From an uncultured Pseudomonadota bacterium (GTDB lineage Bacteria > Pseudomonadota > Alphaproteobacteria > JACZXZ01): 64,000 nucleotides of DNA. The translations under genes were made by a program, and so were the position numbers. Below are positions 62,917 through 64,000 of the stretch, one piece after another (the stretch's first letter is position 1; every line of letters starts with the position of its first letter). The notes below the pieces were generated by a model. The model made no database searches. It saw nothing but the letters and a program-made list of their open reading frames with translations, and was not told the DNA's origin. The stretch is from assembly GCA_963749075.1 (NCBI GenBank), contig CAVVLJ010000017.1, forward strand, positions 640,001 to 704,000. The letters are read 5' to 3'.

Positions 62917-64000
62917 TCATTCGGTCGCGGCACCCGTCCCCTTGCCGGTATCGCCCGCCGGCGCGGCGCCACTCGGAGCCGCACCCGCCTCGCCGCCGGG
63001 CCCCGCGGCACTTCCCGTGCCGCTCCCTGCGGGTGCGGCGCTGCCGGCGAGGCGCAGCTCTAGTGCCTCGCCCTCCTCCGTCAAGACCAGGTCGTGCTGG
63101 GCGAGCGCCAGCTTGAGCTGCGCCAGGGCGCCGAGATAGTGCACATCGACGCGCGCCTCGCTGCGCGAGAGATAGACGAGCATCGCCTGCTTGATGCTCG
63201 CGATCTGATCGAGCCGGCCGCGCAGCTTGACCCACTCCGCGAGGTCGGCGATCGGCACCGTCACCAGGGCTTCCTGGGCGTCGTCGAAGCGCAGCAGATT
63301 CTCTTCCTTCCAGTGCTCGCTCGCCGTGGTCTCGACCTGATCCGCCGCGCGCGCCATGAGCGCATCCAGCGTCTCGCCCGGCTTTGCCGGCACGCTCGAG
63401 ACGACGAGCGGCGTGTCGCTGCCCGTGCCGTAGCGGCTCGCGGCAAGGTCGAGGGCGCCCGGGCTGCCGTCGGGTTTGGCATGCAGCGTGGCGATCAGCA
63501 CGAGCACGCTCCCCGCGTCGTAACGGGTCTCGATGGCGCCGATCTTCTGGGCGTCGCCGCTCGCCGCCGCCTGCGCGCCGATATCGGCGATGTCGTTGAT
63601 GTCGCCGACCGGGCTGATGAAGGGCACGAGCCCGTCCGCCGGCGGCAGGCTGGCCCAGGCCGCGCGCCAGGGGTTGGGATCCTCCCAGAGCGCCAGCGTA
63701 TCGCCCGTGCGCATGACCGGCAGCACGAGGACGGGCTTGCTCGGCGTCTCGGCAAAGGCGACGCCGGCATCGCGCAGCAGCTGCTCGACTGCCGCCGGCT
63801 TGAAGCGATAGGTGAGCTTCGCGATGTAGCGCACGGGGGAATGCTTCTCCTCCTGCACCTCGAAGCCCTCGGTCAAGTCGGCGAGCGCCGCGTCGCCCAC
63901 CTTGGGGAGCTGCCGCAGGCTGTCCTTGGAGGCGAGGCGCGCGAGGAGCCGGTTGAAGGCCAGGCGCTGGCCGGTCGCGAGCGCCTTGTCGCGCGCCGCC
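62917..64000 (-). CDS. DUF2066 domain protein (5' end outside window)
   Basis: AFNRLLARL, FEVQEEK, RYIAKLTYRF, LWEDPNPW; usual position upstream of pgsA/AI-2E/hdaA. Confidence 0.75.
   Translation of the reverse strand, partial: AARDKALATGQRLAFNRLLARLASKDSLRQLPKVGDAALADLTEGFEVQEEKHSPVRYIAKLTYRFKPAAVEQLLRDAGVAFAETPSKPVLVLPVMRTGDTLALWEDPNPWRAAWASLPPADGLVPFISPVGDINDIADIGAQAAASGDAQKIGAIETRYDAGSVLVLIATLHAKPDGSPGALDLAASRYGTGSDTPLVVSSVPAKPGETLDALMARAADQVETTASEHWKEENLLRFDDAQEALVTVPIADLAEWVKLRGRLDQIASIKQAMLVYLSRSEARVDVHYLGALAQLKLALAQHDLVLTEEGEALELRLAGSAAPAGSGTGSAAGPGGEAGAAPSGAAPAGDTGKGTGAATE

Overview
High-GC alphaproteobacterial chromosome segment (Rhodospirillales-like gene order, by inference). The core backbone is gatCAB, ruvX, pyrB-pyrC-plsY-dprA-topA-rnr, S41 peptidase, rpmG, ROK kinase, dinB, eipB, aspS, rnd, ppx, ppk1, hdaA, AI-2E, CDP-alcohol phosphatidyltransferase and DUF2066. 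Several accessory inserts interrupt it. The most notable is a visibly lower-GC defence island at about 15.1-21.8 kb. It holds a BglII/BstYI-like type II R-M pair that converges on a three-gene operon: DGQHR (ParB/DndB-like) protein, a protein with HEPN-like motifs seen only after repairing frameshifts, and a Dam/D12-class adenine methyltransferase. This operon is the best candidate for an undescribed system. A mazEF-type TA module follows, flanked by a 23-bp duplication of the pyrB start. Other inserts are an mqsRA module with a decayed toxin, an HNH nuclease gene split by an IS5-family element, a ppk2 gene, a peptide ABC transporter and several palindromic MITE/REP-like elements. No rRNA, tRNA or CRISPR array was seen. 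Several single-base frameshifts may be sequencing or assembly errors.
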